Assembly: GCA_950097015.1 (NCBI GenBank)
Contig: CATNEN010000001.1
Coordinates: forward strand, 3,100,001-3,164,000
DNA from: Macrostomum hystrix
Taxonomy: Eukaryota > Animalia > Platyhelminthes
DNA length: 64,000 bases
Direction: 5' to 3'
Shown here: positions 22,601 to 36,100 of the stretch, piece after piece
How the letters are laid out: each line of letters starts with the position of its first letter
Position numbering within the stretch: position 1 is the stretch's first letter
Position numbers and translations under genes: made by a program
The notes under the pieces: generated by a model
Database searches by the model: none
The model's input: only the letters and a program-made list of their open reading frames with translations
What the model was told of the DNA's origin: nothing

Positions 22601-25600
22601 TTCTGCTCCACGACTGGTTCTCAAAGTCGTTAAGGAATTTCAGTTCAGCATCCATGTTGTCTTTTGAGGTCCCCAACTTCTCGATGCAGTCAAAGACGGC
22701 TTGGAAAAGCTGGCCGCACTTGGAACTTGGCCGCACTGTGTCCAGGGCTAGAAGCGGAATCAGTGTGAATGGGTGAAAGTGAAAGCTTTTCACCTGGAGC
22801 GGTTGCAGTTCAAGTTTCAGCTTATTCGCCAGTATATCGACCAAATTTCTTCTGAGCTGCATGAGTCGGTCTCGAACTCGCGACTTCGTGTGCTGAAAGT
22901 CACCGCCGATGCCTGCGTTGCTGAAGTACAGCTGGCAATCAGGCAACAAAAAGCTTGGCATACAAATGTCAGGGCTATCTTCGGAGTCAAGAAACTCGGC
23001 CATCTTGTCTAGCGACTGTTTTAGCAGCTGAACCAAATTCTCTGGCCTCCACACATTTTCATTCGTTAGTCCATGGTCGTTGATAATAAAGAACAGCAAA
23101 GTTTTTGCGTGGTAGGTCTTGAGACCCGATGTAGCCACTTGACTTGACAGAATCTTTTTGAAAATGAACTTTATCAATACGAAGAGCTGGCCTTGGCAGT
23201 CATTGAGCGATCTCATTATTTGCTTTTCTAAAAGGCTGGTGCTTAACCTGAGCTCTCTGTCATGGCTGGGTCTGGCTGCTCTGACCAAGTGCAGCTGCGG
23301 TATCTCCTCACCAGAGAGACCAGTTAGTTGGTGGCGCTGATTGGTCAGGTAGTTGCTGCAGCATTGAAAAGCCAAGCAGGCGCTCTCCGATGGTCTAGCA
23401 CCGAGGGCGTCCAGTCGAAAAGCTGCCTCGCTTCCTGCAATGAGAATCAGGTTTCCTAAAAATATTTCTAAAATGGCAGCTTTTTGTAGCTCGTAATTAC
23501 GAGATATATCCCTACTTTATTGCAAAACATTCAAATAACAAACTAAAAGCTAAATACTTTTCAAAAACGGGGTGAGAAGCAGAGCAGTCTTGAGAGACAG
23601 CATCTCACAGAAAGGTTCCTGAGCTCGAATCCGCGTCGAGGCCACAGTCATTTTGGGCGCAGCCGCGGAGAGAAGGCTTGGGGGCTTGTCGTGCAATTCA
23701 AGGCACAGTTAGAGTGTAACTCTGCCTGACGATGGGAAAGTTAGGGCAGATGTGAGTGTGTGCTCAGGTGACAGAAGAATGAGCAGAATCGACTCCTCGC
23801 TGACTGCAGGTTTATGCTGTCACCAAATGATTTTTAAGTGCCAACAGCCGTCCCGCAAATATGAATATTTTTTTTTATTACCTATCAAACAATCAACTTG
23901 GGCGTGACCCTCTTTAACTTCAAGCTTTTGAAGGCCAATTGCTGCACAGTTGCAGGAGCGAAGCAAGTGAATCGGCTTGCGATCCTGAGCGAATACAGTC
24001 CAGTCGATATTGGACTCTTCTGAAATATTTCCTTGCACTCTTTCCAGGCTGCAGCCCCAGCCTTCAGCGTAGCTACCAATCACGTGAATATCTTTCTTTG
24101 TTATACACCTTGAGAGCTGCTCTGTGAAGTCCGCCATCTTCAGGTGCAAGCTAATCCTTTTTTTGGTGAAGCCGGCCAGGTTTAACATCTTGTGTAGCTT
24201 TAAACTATCGGCTTCGTCATTTGACTGAGGGCTGAAAAGTTTAAAAGTATAAACTAGTAGAAACCAGCGAAAGTATATTCAGTGTTTTTATTATTAAATT
24301 TGGCACTTTCTGGCACTTTATTAAATTTACTAAGCTTATTGCAGCATAGGGGGTCAGGGGCGGTGCGGTTAACGCGTCTGCCTCTCGCACCACGGTCGCT
24401 GAGCCCGATTTCGCGGTGAGGCCGCATTAAATTTTTGCGCAGCCGCGGAGAGAAGGCTTGGGGGACTTGTCGTGCAATTATACGCCCTTGATGGCAAATC
24501 TCCGAGGCACAGGGAAGTGTACACTGCCTGACGATGAGAAAGTCAGGGCAGACGTACACACCTGTGTGAGCGAATGTCTGCGCACGGTACCACTGTGCGT
24601 GTTAGCTCAGGAGTCAGCGAAATGGGCACAATTGCCTTCTCGCTGACTGCAGGTCTAGTGTCACCAAATGATTTGCCACTGCCCGCAGTGCTGCTGCAAT
24701 TGCTTACGCATTTCTCAAGAGATCAGTTAGGGCAGTGTTGCTCCTGAAGCTAAGACTTGATCTGAAATGGAATTTTACGAAATTAATAAAGGCAATAAGA
24801 AACACATAAGGCATGATGCATGACCTTGGTTTCGCGTCTTACTGATCAATCAATCGCAGAATCTGAAATCTTCCGTGCATCTCCGCCAGTTGGACGCATG
24901 TGAGACCGTCTTTATCGATCTGTTGCGCGTTCGCTGCGTTGTCCAACAGCACTTTTGCTGCCCTCACGTGACCAGCGATGCAGGCCCTAGCAAGCGCTGC
25001 TCTGCCTTCATTGTCAACTTCGCTAACTGAGCACCTTTTTTGCAGGAGCAGCTCAATGAGACTGTGAGCACCGACATCAGCAGCCAGCATCAGCGGTGTG
25101 TTGCCTGTTTCATCTCGATTGTCAATCATATCGATTTTCTGAAGCAACATTTCGGCTGCCCCGACATCGCCTTTTGTTATGGCGTACCTCAGAATTTGAA
25201 GCAAAGTTTCAGTTGCATTTGACCTAGAAATCTTTTCAATTAGATTTGGATGGCTAAGGAGTCTGATTCTATTACGCAGCTGAATAGTACCGACAGCTAA
25301 TTGTTGCTGCGCATTATCTGGCACTTGTTCTGACTCTTGCTGCGCATTATCTGGTACTTGTTCTGACTCTTGCTGCGCATTATCTGGTACTTGTTCTGGC
25401 TCTTGCTGCGCATTATCTGGCACTTGTTCTGACTCTTGCTGCGCATTATCTGGCTCTTGTTCTGTCACTAGCTGCGCATTATCTGGCACTTGTTCTGACT
25501 CTTGCTGCGCATTATCTGGTACTTGTTCTGACTCTTGCTGCGCATTATCTGGCACTTGTTCTGACTCTTGCTGCGCATTATCTGGTACTTGTTCTGTCAC

Positions 25601-28600
25601 TTGCTGCGCATTATCTGGCACTTGTTCTGTCACTTGCTGCGCATTATCTGGTACTTGTTCTGTCACTTGCTGCTCATTATCTGGTACTTGTTCTGACTCT
25701 TGCTGCGCATTATCTGGTACTTGTTCTGTCACTTGCTGCGCATTATCTGGTACTTGTTCTGTCACTTGCTGCGCATTATCTGGCACTTGTTCTGACTCTT
25801 GCTGCGCATTATCTGGCACTTGTTCTGACTCTTGCTGCGCATTATCTGGCACTTGTTCTGTCACTAGCTGCGCATTATCTGGCACTTGTTCTGTCACTTG
25901 CTGCGCATTATCTGGCACTTGTTCTGACTCTTGCTGCGCATTATCTGGCACTTGTTCTGTCACTTGCTGCGCATTATCTGGCACTTGTTCTGTCACTTGC
26001 TGCGCATTATCTGGCTCTTGTTCTGTCACTTGCTGCGCATTATCTGGCACTTGTTCTGGCTCTTGCTGCGCATTATCTGGTACTTGTTCTGTCACTTGCT
26101 GCGCATTATCTGGCACTTGTTCTGTCACTTGCTGCGCATTATCTGGTACTTGTTCTGTCACTTGCTGCGCATTATCTGGCACTTGTTCTGTCACTTGCTG
26201 CGCATTATCTGGCACTTGTTCTGTCACTTGCTGCGCATTATCTGGCACTTGTTCTGTCACTTGCTGCGCATTATCTGGTACTTGTTCTGACTCTTGCTGA
26301 GCATTATCTGGTACTTGTTCTGTCACTTGCTGCGCATTATCTGGTACTTGTTCTGTCACTTGCTGAGCATTATCTGGCACTTGTTCTGTCACTTGCTGTG
26401 TATTATCTGGCACTTGTTCTGTCACTTTCTGCGCATTATCTGGTACTTGTTCTGTCACTTGTTGCTCATTATCTGGCACTTGTTCTGTCACTTGCTGCGC
26501 ATTATCTGGTACTTGTTCTTTCACTTGCTGCACATTATCTGGTACTTGTTCTGTCACTTGCTGCGCATTATCTGGTACTTGTTCTGTCACTTGCTGCGCA
26601 TTATCTGGCACTTGTTCTGACTCTTGCTGCGCATTATCTGGCACTTGTTCTGTCACTTGCTGCGCATTATCTGGCACTTGTTCTGTCACTTGCTGCGCAT
26701 TATCTGGTACTTGTTCTGTCACTTGCTGCGCATTATCTGGCACTTGATTTGTCACTTGCTGCACATTATCTGGTACTTGTTCTGTCACTTGCTGCGCATT
26801 ATCTGGCACTTGTTCTGACTCTTTCTGCGCATTATCTGGCACTTGTTCTGGCTCTTGCTGCGCATTATCTGGTACTTGTTCTGTCACTTGCTGAGCATTA
26901 TCTGGCACTTGTTCTGTCACTTGCTGTGTATTATCTGGCACTTGTTCTGTCACTTTCTGCGCATTATCTGGTACTTGTTCTGTCACTTGTTGCTCATTAT
27001 CTGGCACTTGTTCTGTCACTTGCTGCGCATTATCTGGTACTTGTTCTTTCACTTGCTGCACATTATCTGGTACTTGTTCTGTCACTTGCTGCGCATTATC
27101 TGGTACTTGTTCTGTCACTTGCTGCGCATTATCTGGCACTTGTTCTGACTCTTGCTGCGCATTATCTGGCACTTGTTCTGTCACTTGCTGCGCATTATCT
27201 GGCACTTGTTCTGTCACTTGCTGCGCATTATCTGGTACTTGTTCTGTCACTTGCTGCGCATTATCTGGCACTTGATTTGTCACTTGCTGCACATTATCTG
27301 GTACTTGTTCTGTCACTTGCTGCGCATTATCTGGCACTTGTTCTGACTCTTTCTGCGCATTATCTGGCACTTGTTCTGGCTCTTGCTGCGCATTATCTGG
27401 TACTTGTTCTGTCACTTGCTGAGCATTATCTGGCACTTGTTCTGTCACTTGCTGTGTATTATCTGGCACTTGTTCTGTCACTTTCTGCGCATTATCTGGT
27501 ACTTGTTCTGTCACTTGTTGCTCATTATCTGGCACTTGTTCTGTCACTTGCTGCGCATTATCTGGTACTTGTTCTTTCACTTGCTGCACATTATCTGGTA
27601 CTTGTTCTGTCACTTGTTGCTCATTATCTGGCACTTGTTCTGTCACTTGCTGCGCATTATCTGGTACTTGTTCTGTCACTTGCTGCGCATTATCTGGCAC
27701 TTGTTCTGACTCTTGCTGCGCATTATCTGGCACTTGTTCTGTCACTTGCTGCGCATTATCTGGCACTTGTTCTGTCACTTGCTGCGCATTATCTGGTACT
27801 TGTTCTGTCACTTGCTGCGCATTATCTGGCACTTGATTTGTCACTTGCTGCACATTATCTGGTACTTGTTCTGTCACTTGCTGCGCATTATCTGGCACTT
27901 GTTCTGGCTCTTGCTGCGCATTATCTGGTACTTGTTCTGTCATTTGCTGCGCATTATCTGGTACTTGTTCTTTCACTTGCTGCACATTATCTGGTACTTG
28001 TTCTGTCACTTGCTGCGCATTATCTGGTACTTGTTCTGTCACTTGCTGCGCATTATCTGGTACTTGTTCTGTCACTTGCTGAGCATTATCTGGTACTTGT
28101 TCTGTCACTTGCTGCGCATTATCTGGCACTTGTTCTGTCACTTGCTGCGCATTATCTGGTACTTGTTCTGTCACTTGCTGCGCATTATCTGGCACTTGTT
28201 CTGACTCTTGCTGCGCATTATCTGGTACTTGTTCTGTCACTTGCTGCGCATTATCTGGTACTTGTTCTGGCTCTTGCTGCGCATTATCTGGCACTTGTTC
28301 TGACTCTTGCTGCGCATTATCTGGTACTTGTTCTGTCACTTGCTGCACATTATCTGGCACTTGTTCTGCCACTTGCTGCGCATTATCTGGTACTTGTTCT
28401 GGCTCTTGCTGCGCATTATCTGGCACTTGTTCTGACTCTTGCTGCGCATTATCTGGCACTTGTTCTGTCACTTGCTGCGCATTATCTGGCACTTGTTCTG
28501 ACTCTTGCTGCGCATTATCTGGCACTTGTTCTGACTCTTGCTGCGCATTATCTGGCACTTTTCTTGTCAGTTTGTCTTCTGTGACTTGAGATCCTTTTTC

Positions 28601-28933
28601 GTGTTGCTTTTGCTCATCTTCTGGCTGGGTCTCATCAGGTAGCTGCTGCTGCTGCTCATTCTGTTTATCTACGCGTTGTATCTCTTCTCGTTGCTTTACG
28701 AGCTCTTTGTCACTTTTCAAAGGACTTTCTTTGCTTTTTAATTGCCGGCATCCTTGTCGGTCTTCAAATTGTGCAAGTACAATGTTTTCAAGGTCAATGC
28801 TGATGTAACTTTCTAATTCCAATAGTTGTTTTCTGTTGGTCTTGCATTCAACGGTGTTTGAGGGCGATTTCTCCACGCCCATGCCTTGGATCTCTAGAAA
28901 GTACATAAATAGATAGAGTACTTGTGACATCAT
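19608..28933 (-). CDS. Paralogue A: 11-aa repeat + ankyrin + Mab-21/cGAS-like NTase + ankyrin + caspase fusion (~2470 aa); exons ~28933-24843, 24231-23882, 23434-22027, 21894-21504, 21247-20964, 20508-19608
   Basis: Same splice sites and phases as copy B. Exons 2-6 differ by only a few substitutions (I/F, H/L, K/E). The N-terminus is unrelated to B and C. True start is uncertain (possible acceptor TTTCTAG near 28896, Met at 28882). Confidence 0.85.
25302..28560 (-). repeat. Coding 33-bp tandem repeat, ~99 units, with a 16-17-unit higher-order block
   Basis: Uninterrupted within ORF 24839..28933. Identical variant patterns recur at 528- and 561-bp spacing. Confidence 0.95.
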
Positions 28934-29139
28934 TTTTATATCATTTTCTTTCGGACTTAATTGTAGTATTGCTTAATTTATGATAGCAACAGTGTCAGTC
29001 ACATATTCAGCTTAAAATCGGATAGTACAAATCGATTTATAATGGGGAAGGACCTGTGGGAGCATTGGGACCATTTCAAATACCCACTGCTTACTTCCCG
29101 ATTGCTCCAAAATCAAAAGAATAATTTTTTTAACGTCCT

Positions 29140-29430
29140 TTTATACGGGTCTAAATTTTCCGCTCTTTACGATGAACTAACTTTAAAAGCCTGTCCGACG
29201 TCAGCATCGTCGAGAGAGTCAGCGATTCTTGTCGAAGATCCTGGTGACAAGGACCAACAGTAATATCCGATCGACATAATCAGCTTATGAAAGTTTGTGA
29301 GTTGGTACATATTATGCCTAAACTTGTGGTTTTTGCCTCCAGACACCCCCGACAAGAATCGTTGAATGTCTCGACGATGTCGATGTTTTGTGATTCGGGA
29401 AGTTTTTCATGGCGAACGGTTGAATATTTT
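29140..29430. mobile_element. Old foldback/MITE-like dispersed repeat (relatives at ~5360-5470, 19335-19445, 39560-39760)
   Basis: Inverted repeat CATCGTCGAGAGAGTCAGCGATTCTTGTCG / CGACAAGAATCGTTGAATGTCTCGACGATG. Motifs AATTTTCCGCTC and GTCGGGGGTGTCTG.GGCAAAAACCAC are shared with 39.6 kb. No TSD found. Confidence 0.5.
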
Positions 29431-30209
29431 GGGAGATACATAGAATAATACTTCTTTCCTAAACAGCAATATGAATCACTTACATGCAATAACCAAATGA
29501 GATTAAAGCTTCTTGTTGATGGTGGTGTAACTTAAGACAGAACTACTTTCGGTTGGTTAATCTACCGCAGATATCTTTTCAAGCTAAATTTGCGATAAGG
29601 CACATTTTGTGCTGTGGCAACGTCTTAAATATAATGCCTATTTCGATAAAGATAGTAGTGTACATTCTATCGAATACAACTAACAGGCTGAAATGTACAC
29701 ACACCCATTTGTTCGCAACCAAGGCTGTATAATCAGATTGTCAAAACAATGAAAATATGCATAGGTCTTTTGTGCATTGTTTTAGCAATGTACAATGCTA
29801 GAAATGTACTAGCTCCGACTATAGTTAAATAAAATTTGTTTAAATTAGCGACACAAGTAGTCACTCAAATAAAAAATGTTGCATTTACCAGTGCTATTGC
29901 TCAAACTAGTGATTTATTCGTCATGCCAAGACATCTCACTGTTAGAATCACATCAATCGTAAATATTATGCTGGCAATTGTCTCTTTGAATATCTGTCAA
30001 TTCAAAATTGAAGAAAAATGAGGAAAATTGAATAAGAGGCTCAGAAAACAATCTTTTAAAGTACGCCTTTTAATTTTCACGTTTGGATTCAATGCGTACT
30101 ACTGCTGAACTTAGAAATTAAGTAGTTTATGTGATTTAAGTAGATTTAATTTTTTGCTTTTCCTTAATCCACTTAACACGCAAAGTAAAGTAGTGGCGAG
30201 AAATATATT

Positions 30210-30595
30210 GAATCACTACCCTGGAATCACTACCCTAGAATCACTACCCTAGAATCACCATTCAAGAATCACTACCCTAGAATCACTACCTTATAATCAC
30301 TACCCTAGAATCAGCATTTAAGAATCACTACCCTAGAATCACTACCCTAGAATCAGCATTTAAGAATCACTACCATAGAATCACTACCCTAGAATCACTA
30401 CCCTAGAATCACTACCCTAGAATCAGCATTTAAGAATCACTAACATAGAATCACTACCCTAGAATCACTACCCTAGAATCACCAATTAAGAATCACTACC
30501 ATAGAATCCCTACCTTAGAATCACTACCTTAGAATCACTATTAAATAATCACTACCCTAGAATCACTACCCTAGAATCACTACCCTAGAATCAGC
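30210..30595. repeat. 14-bp minisatellite (GAATCACTACCCTA)n
   Basis: Direct tandem array. Confidence 0.95.
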
Positions 30596-31404
30596 AATGG
30601 CAATATTGAAGCGAATACATTTTACTTGGACCGCAGCTTTACAAAGTGGTTGAGCAGATAGTGACTCACTGTTGAATAGTCCAATACTGCTAGTGTTTTC
30701 ATATCATAAACTGAGTATGACTACTGTATAGTGTATGGCCTATGTCATCGCAGCCGTAGGTGCCAGCTAAAACTGAATTAAGTTCCATAATCAACCATAA
30801 CACAATATCCTATTTAACTACTGTTCACATTGAAATTCTCACTGTTTTGTATAGAGGGGTGTGGAGGAATTGAATTGTCTGCTGGTGAGAAAATAGACGA
30901 CTATATAAAAGGATGGACAATAAAACTTCATTAGCCAATATAGTAAGTGAATGCAATAAGATATATAGAAATACTATATATTGTTATGCTTATAAGAAGC
31001 TGAATAAAGTGTGAGAAATATTTTTTTTCAGCACGGGTGAATAGAAAAACAAGTCTTTTGAAACATTTTTTTTCTTGTCTTTTGTGAAGCTGCATGCATG
31101 GCTGCATCGATTGTAAATTTTACATGCTCAAACACAGGTGCAAAATATAGTGTTATTCCGATGCGTAGAATCAATTGGCATGTGAAACACTCTGAGTATC
31201 AAAGTCAGTCTTTAGTCTGCCAGCTATGCATAGGCAATAAAACTTGGCAACTTGAACAGAATTTTCCTATTTAAATCTGACTCACACTCATACGATCTGT
31301 TTAATGTGGCTAAATTGTGCAGTGTTAGTGTGGTTGTCAGGTATAAAATAAGCTAATTTAACTCGTACATTTCTGAGGCCGTTTATTTTTCGCTTAAATA
31401 TTGC

Positions 31405-32172
31405 ATGTCTCTCTCCTGTCGCATTCTCACCCCTGTCTCACCTCTCTCCTGTCTCATCTCTCCCCTGTCTCATCTCTATCCTGTCTCATCTCTCCCCTGT
31501 CTCATCTCTCCCCTGTCTCACCTCTCCCCTGTCTCATCTCTCCCCTGTCTCATCTCTCTCCTGTCTCATCTCTCCCGTGTCTCATCTCTCTCCTGTCTCA
31601 TCTCTAACGTGCCTCATCTCTCCCTTGTCTCATCTCTCCCGTGTCTCATCTCTCCCGTGTCTCATCTCTCCTGTTTCTCATCTCACCCGTGTCTCATCTC
31701 ACCCGTGTCTCATCTCACCCGTGTCTCATCTCACCCCTGTCTCATCTCTCCCGTATCTCATCTCACCCGTGTCTCATCTCTCCCGTGTCTCATCTCTCCC
31801 GTGTCTCATCTCTCCCGTGTCTCATCTCTCCTGTGTCTCATCTCTCCCGTTTCTCATCTCTCCCGTGTCGCATCTCTCCCTTGTCTCATCTCTCCCGTGT
31901 CTCATCTCTCCCCTGTCTCATCTCTCTCCTGTCTCATCTCTCCCGTGTCTCATCTCTCTCCTGTCTCATCTCTCCCCTGTCTCATCTCTCTCCTGTCTCA
32001 TCTCTCTCTCCCCTGTCTCATCTCTCCCCTGTCTCACCTTTCCCCTGTCTCACCTCTCCCCTGCCTCATCTCTCCATGGTCTCATCTCTCCCCTGCCTCA
32101 TCTCTCCCCTGTCTCATCTCTCCCCTGTCTCACCTCTCCCCTGCCTCATCTCTCCATGGTCTCATCTCTCCT
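31405..32172. repeat. 16-18-bp pyrimidine-rich minisatellite (TGTCTCATCTCTCCCC)n
   Basis: Direct tandem array. Confidence 0.95.
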
Positions 32173-33120
32173 TTATCTCCAAGAATGAAATTCTATCTAT
32201 TCGATACATATTTCTTACATTTTTCCTGCTGAAGCGGTAAGCACTATACAGATATTAAAGATTGTATAAATGTGCCAACTATACCCAGAGCTAGTTTGTT
32301 ATTAGCTGCTTTACTCCTAGGGACTGCATTTAGTCACAAAAGCAGTTAAAATTTGTCACCTTTTTCCTTCGCCACCATATACACCTGCTCAATGTTTTAT
32401 AGTCGCAATTGAGTCACATATCGCAGCTTCTCGAAGACATCAAACAAAAGCCGACAGTATTTTAATCCGTTTTTTTATTATTGCAGTTTCTCAATTGCTA
32501 TTCTGCCTTGGAAACTGTTTTAAAGACACTCGAAATGAGACCAAAAGAGTTTGAGACTGCCCATGCAGGGGGCGATAAAGTTGAATTAATTCAATTAATA
32601 AGTTGGTGCTCAAGTTAGTCTTCTTGGATAAAGCGCTGTTTGGGGTGTGAAATATTTCTTTAAAGAAATGTTTTTATTGAGACAGCCATTGCTTTGAGCT
32701 GCTGAGCTCAGTAAGTGAGGCGACAAGTTATAATGTGTCGTAAACTATGCTACTCGGTCATAAAGTTTTAAGCAGCTCTGATAAATATAGTCTCTAAGAC
32801 AAGACGCATCTTTAAAAAACTGAAGAGAACGTTTGCCTCACTGCCAGATAATCGTTTATTGATTTGTTATAAACCACAAAAGAGAAGCCTTTGCGAGGCC
32901 GGGCGCACACGCATCATTCTGATTGGCTTAAGTCTCCTATTGGTCAGGACTTGTTCCGCATTTGTGTTTCTTTGGGAGGCCAAGATACGCACACCTACCC
33001 CCCACCCGCTACTAAAACACTCCCAGAACGTTTCGGACCGCCTGTTTAAAATCGTTCATCGATTACACAACCAAAATTATTTCTACTGTCTTAAAGAATT
33101 TGGTTAAACTTCTCGAAAAA

Positions 33121-36100
33121 ATGGACATTGCTAAGATTCTAGACCTGTCGTCATCAACACCAGCAGCGCAAGTCGCTAGTCCGATTCGTGGAAATTCAAC
33201 ACCGACTGAAACAGCAGCAGCAGCGGTAGCAGCGTCGGCGGCGGCCCATTCGCCAATTTCCGTGTCAAACAGTCAGAAGCTTCAGCAGCTTCAGTGTCGC
33301 AGCGATCTCAGGTAAGAGATTAGTCTTTGACTCGATTTAAAAAACACTTTTTTGAGAGGAAAATGGGCCGAATGGCTTTTAGCATCGGAATCAAGGCCGG
33401 GGGTTCGATTCGATTCCAACGACAATCTGTGTTATTTAGTAAAACACTCAGCTCTGCATTGATTCCGTTTACCTGCAGTTCTTAAATGAGTCCATGTACG
33501 AGTACTGAACAGCAATAATTAATAATAATATAATAATTGATTACACCTGCCCCAATTGGGTCAGATGTGCAGCCGACAGCACAGCCGCAGCTAATGCGCG
33601 GCGCATCTGAAGGCTGCGTACAGCTGTTCAGTCCACGGACTGGGGGGACGCCACACCCACCTTCAACTATCCCAGCTGATGCTGGTACCCCTTTAACAGC
33701 TGGGTGAACTGAAGCAATGCAGAGTTAGATGTCTTGCTAAAGGACGCAAATTGTTCCAGTGGAGTCGGGAATCGAACCCCCGACCTTCAAGTCGTGAGTC
33801 CGACGCCCTAACCACTAGGCTACAACCTCTTTCGAATCCGAAAACTTTTTGAACAGCAACGTATACACTTCAATGTGTTTCATCAAATCTTGTTAATCCT
33901 TATACAGAAAAAGAATTTCATATTGAGTAAACAGGCAATCATTTTTACATTTTAATGCGCAATATACACAGATATAGAGCGCGAAGGCACTACATTCTGG
34001 CAGTGTTGCAGGTGTCTGTCTTAAAAACTCAAGAAGCCACGTATAGTATCGACACTCGTACAGCAAACTTTATTCTCAAACCAACCACCCCCACACACAA
34101 ACACTAAAAACTGCAATAGATGAGAATATTTTTGAATTGCTTACACAGCGCCCGTGATAAGCGACAACAGGGGAATACTGCGGGTGACAAGAGAGGCATG
34201 TCGCGGGGCAAACACATCATTAAATTCTTGTTTCTGTCGTTTTGCCCATCAAACTCTTTGTGAGCTGAATTGGATTGAGCTATATTGCGCCTCTGCTTGA
34301 CTGCGAGTCCTCTTCTTTGACTGTGGGATTGCAATCTGTAGCTATAGTTTTTTCCTTAGTTTTAACTAAATTGTGTGTGAGGATTATTTGCTATTAAATA
34401 ACTATTTTCACAAACTGCAGGCATTTTCAAGTGTAACGATAACGCAACAGGTTGGCTTTGTCTGCGGTCGAGTTACAACACCTTTTTAGATTAAAAAACA
34501 TCTTTAAAGAGCTTAAGTAAACTAACTTTCTGTTCAAATAAGCTATTCGGTAATAAGCGAAAACAATGTAAATGCAAATTGCCATGCCTCATTGACTTTT
34601 TGTATATTATATCTTTAGCAGGTAGATCAGGAATTAAAAACACATGCCCGCTATACTACACTCACCGATGAGTATGATGGGGTTACAAGAACAATACTTG
34701 ATGAATGGCACTTCAACGCTAAGTCAAGATAGAAAGAGCGATTCTCTCGTGTCCTAAGAGTTGACTCTTTATCTTCACTGTTATGCAATGGAAACAATGG
34801 CTTGTTGTAAGCTTCCAGGATCGTATCAGACAATCCAAAGTGTCTGTCTTAGTAAGGCATCGTGAAAAACTGGAGTATAAGATGATAGGATGCAAGAAAC
34901 GCGATGCTGTTAACATGACTGCAAGCATCGTTTTTTATACAAAAGCGAATACATATCAGCAAGGCGATGTTTATCCACTAGTTAATTTGTTTGCAGGCAG
35001 AGTCTAACGAAAAAAATCGATAACTTCCCTAGATTCCGAAATTGCCTGAATAATAAATTTCACTGAATTACGAAAATTTTTCTCAATTCCGAAACTTTCT
35101 TGAACTCCGAAACTTTTCTCAATTCCGAAACTTTCTTGAATTCCGAAACTTTTATGAATTCCGAAAACTTTTCTCAATTCCGAAACTTTCTTGAACTCCG
35201 AAACTTTTCTCAATTCCGAAACTTTCTTGAATTCCGAAACTTTTATGAATTCCGAAAACTTTTCTCAATTCCGAAACTTTCTTGAATTCCGAAACTTTCT
35301 TGAATTCCGAAACTTTTATGAATTCCGAAACTTTCTTGAATTCCGAAACGTTTCTCAATGCCGAAATTTGAGGAATTTGTGGCTTGAATTTCGAAATCGC
35401 TAAAAAACTTCCTAGAAACTTTTTAAATCTTTAAGTTGAAATTGCGACAGAGAATTTTGTGTTATTGAATTGCTTCCGAATTTGTTAATATGCAATCGTA
35501 AAGAGTCAAGCACCTCATCCTTCACATTGACCAGCGACTTGTCCATATCGCTGAGCCAAGCTCGATCGGATCTAGAAGCCGCGGTGCGCCACTGCGAGGA
35601 GCAGAATCGTCGACTGGAGCGACACGGTCGCGAGCTCGAATCCTTGCAGCAGGAGCGGCTGGCTCATGTGGAACAGCTTCGACAGCTTCACGTGGAAATC
35701 TCCGGTGTAAGATTGCAGTCTGTGTTTTCTAAATTTAATTTTCACCACCGATCTTGACACTCGGTTAATCTTGTCACTCGGTTAGTTTGTCACTCGGTTA
35801 GTCTTGTCACTCGGTTAGTTTGTCACTCGGTTAGTCTTGTCACTCGGTTAGTTTGTCACTCGGTTAGTCTTGTCACTCGGTTAGTTTTGTCACTCGGTTA
35901 GTTTGCCACTCGGTTAGTCTTGTCACTCGGTTAATGTTGTCACTCGGTTAGTTTTGTCACTCGGTTAATGTTGTCACTCGGTTAGTTTGTCACTCGGTTA
36001 GTTTTGTCACTCGGTTAGTTTTGTCACTCGGTTAGTCTTGTCACTCGGTTAGTTTTGTCACTATGTTAGTCTTGTCACTCGGTTAATGTTGTCACTCGGT

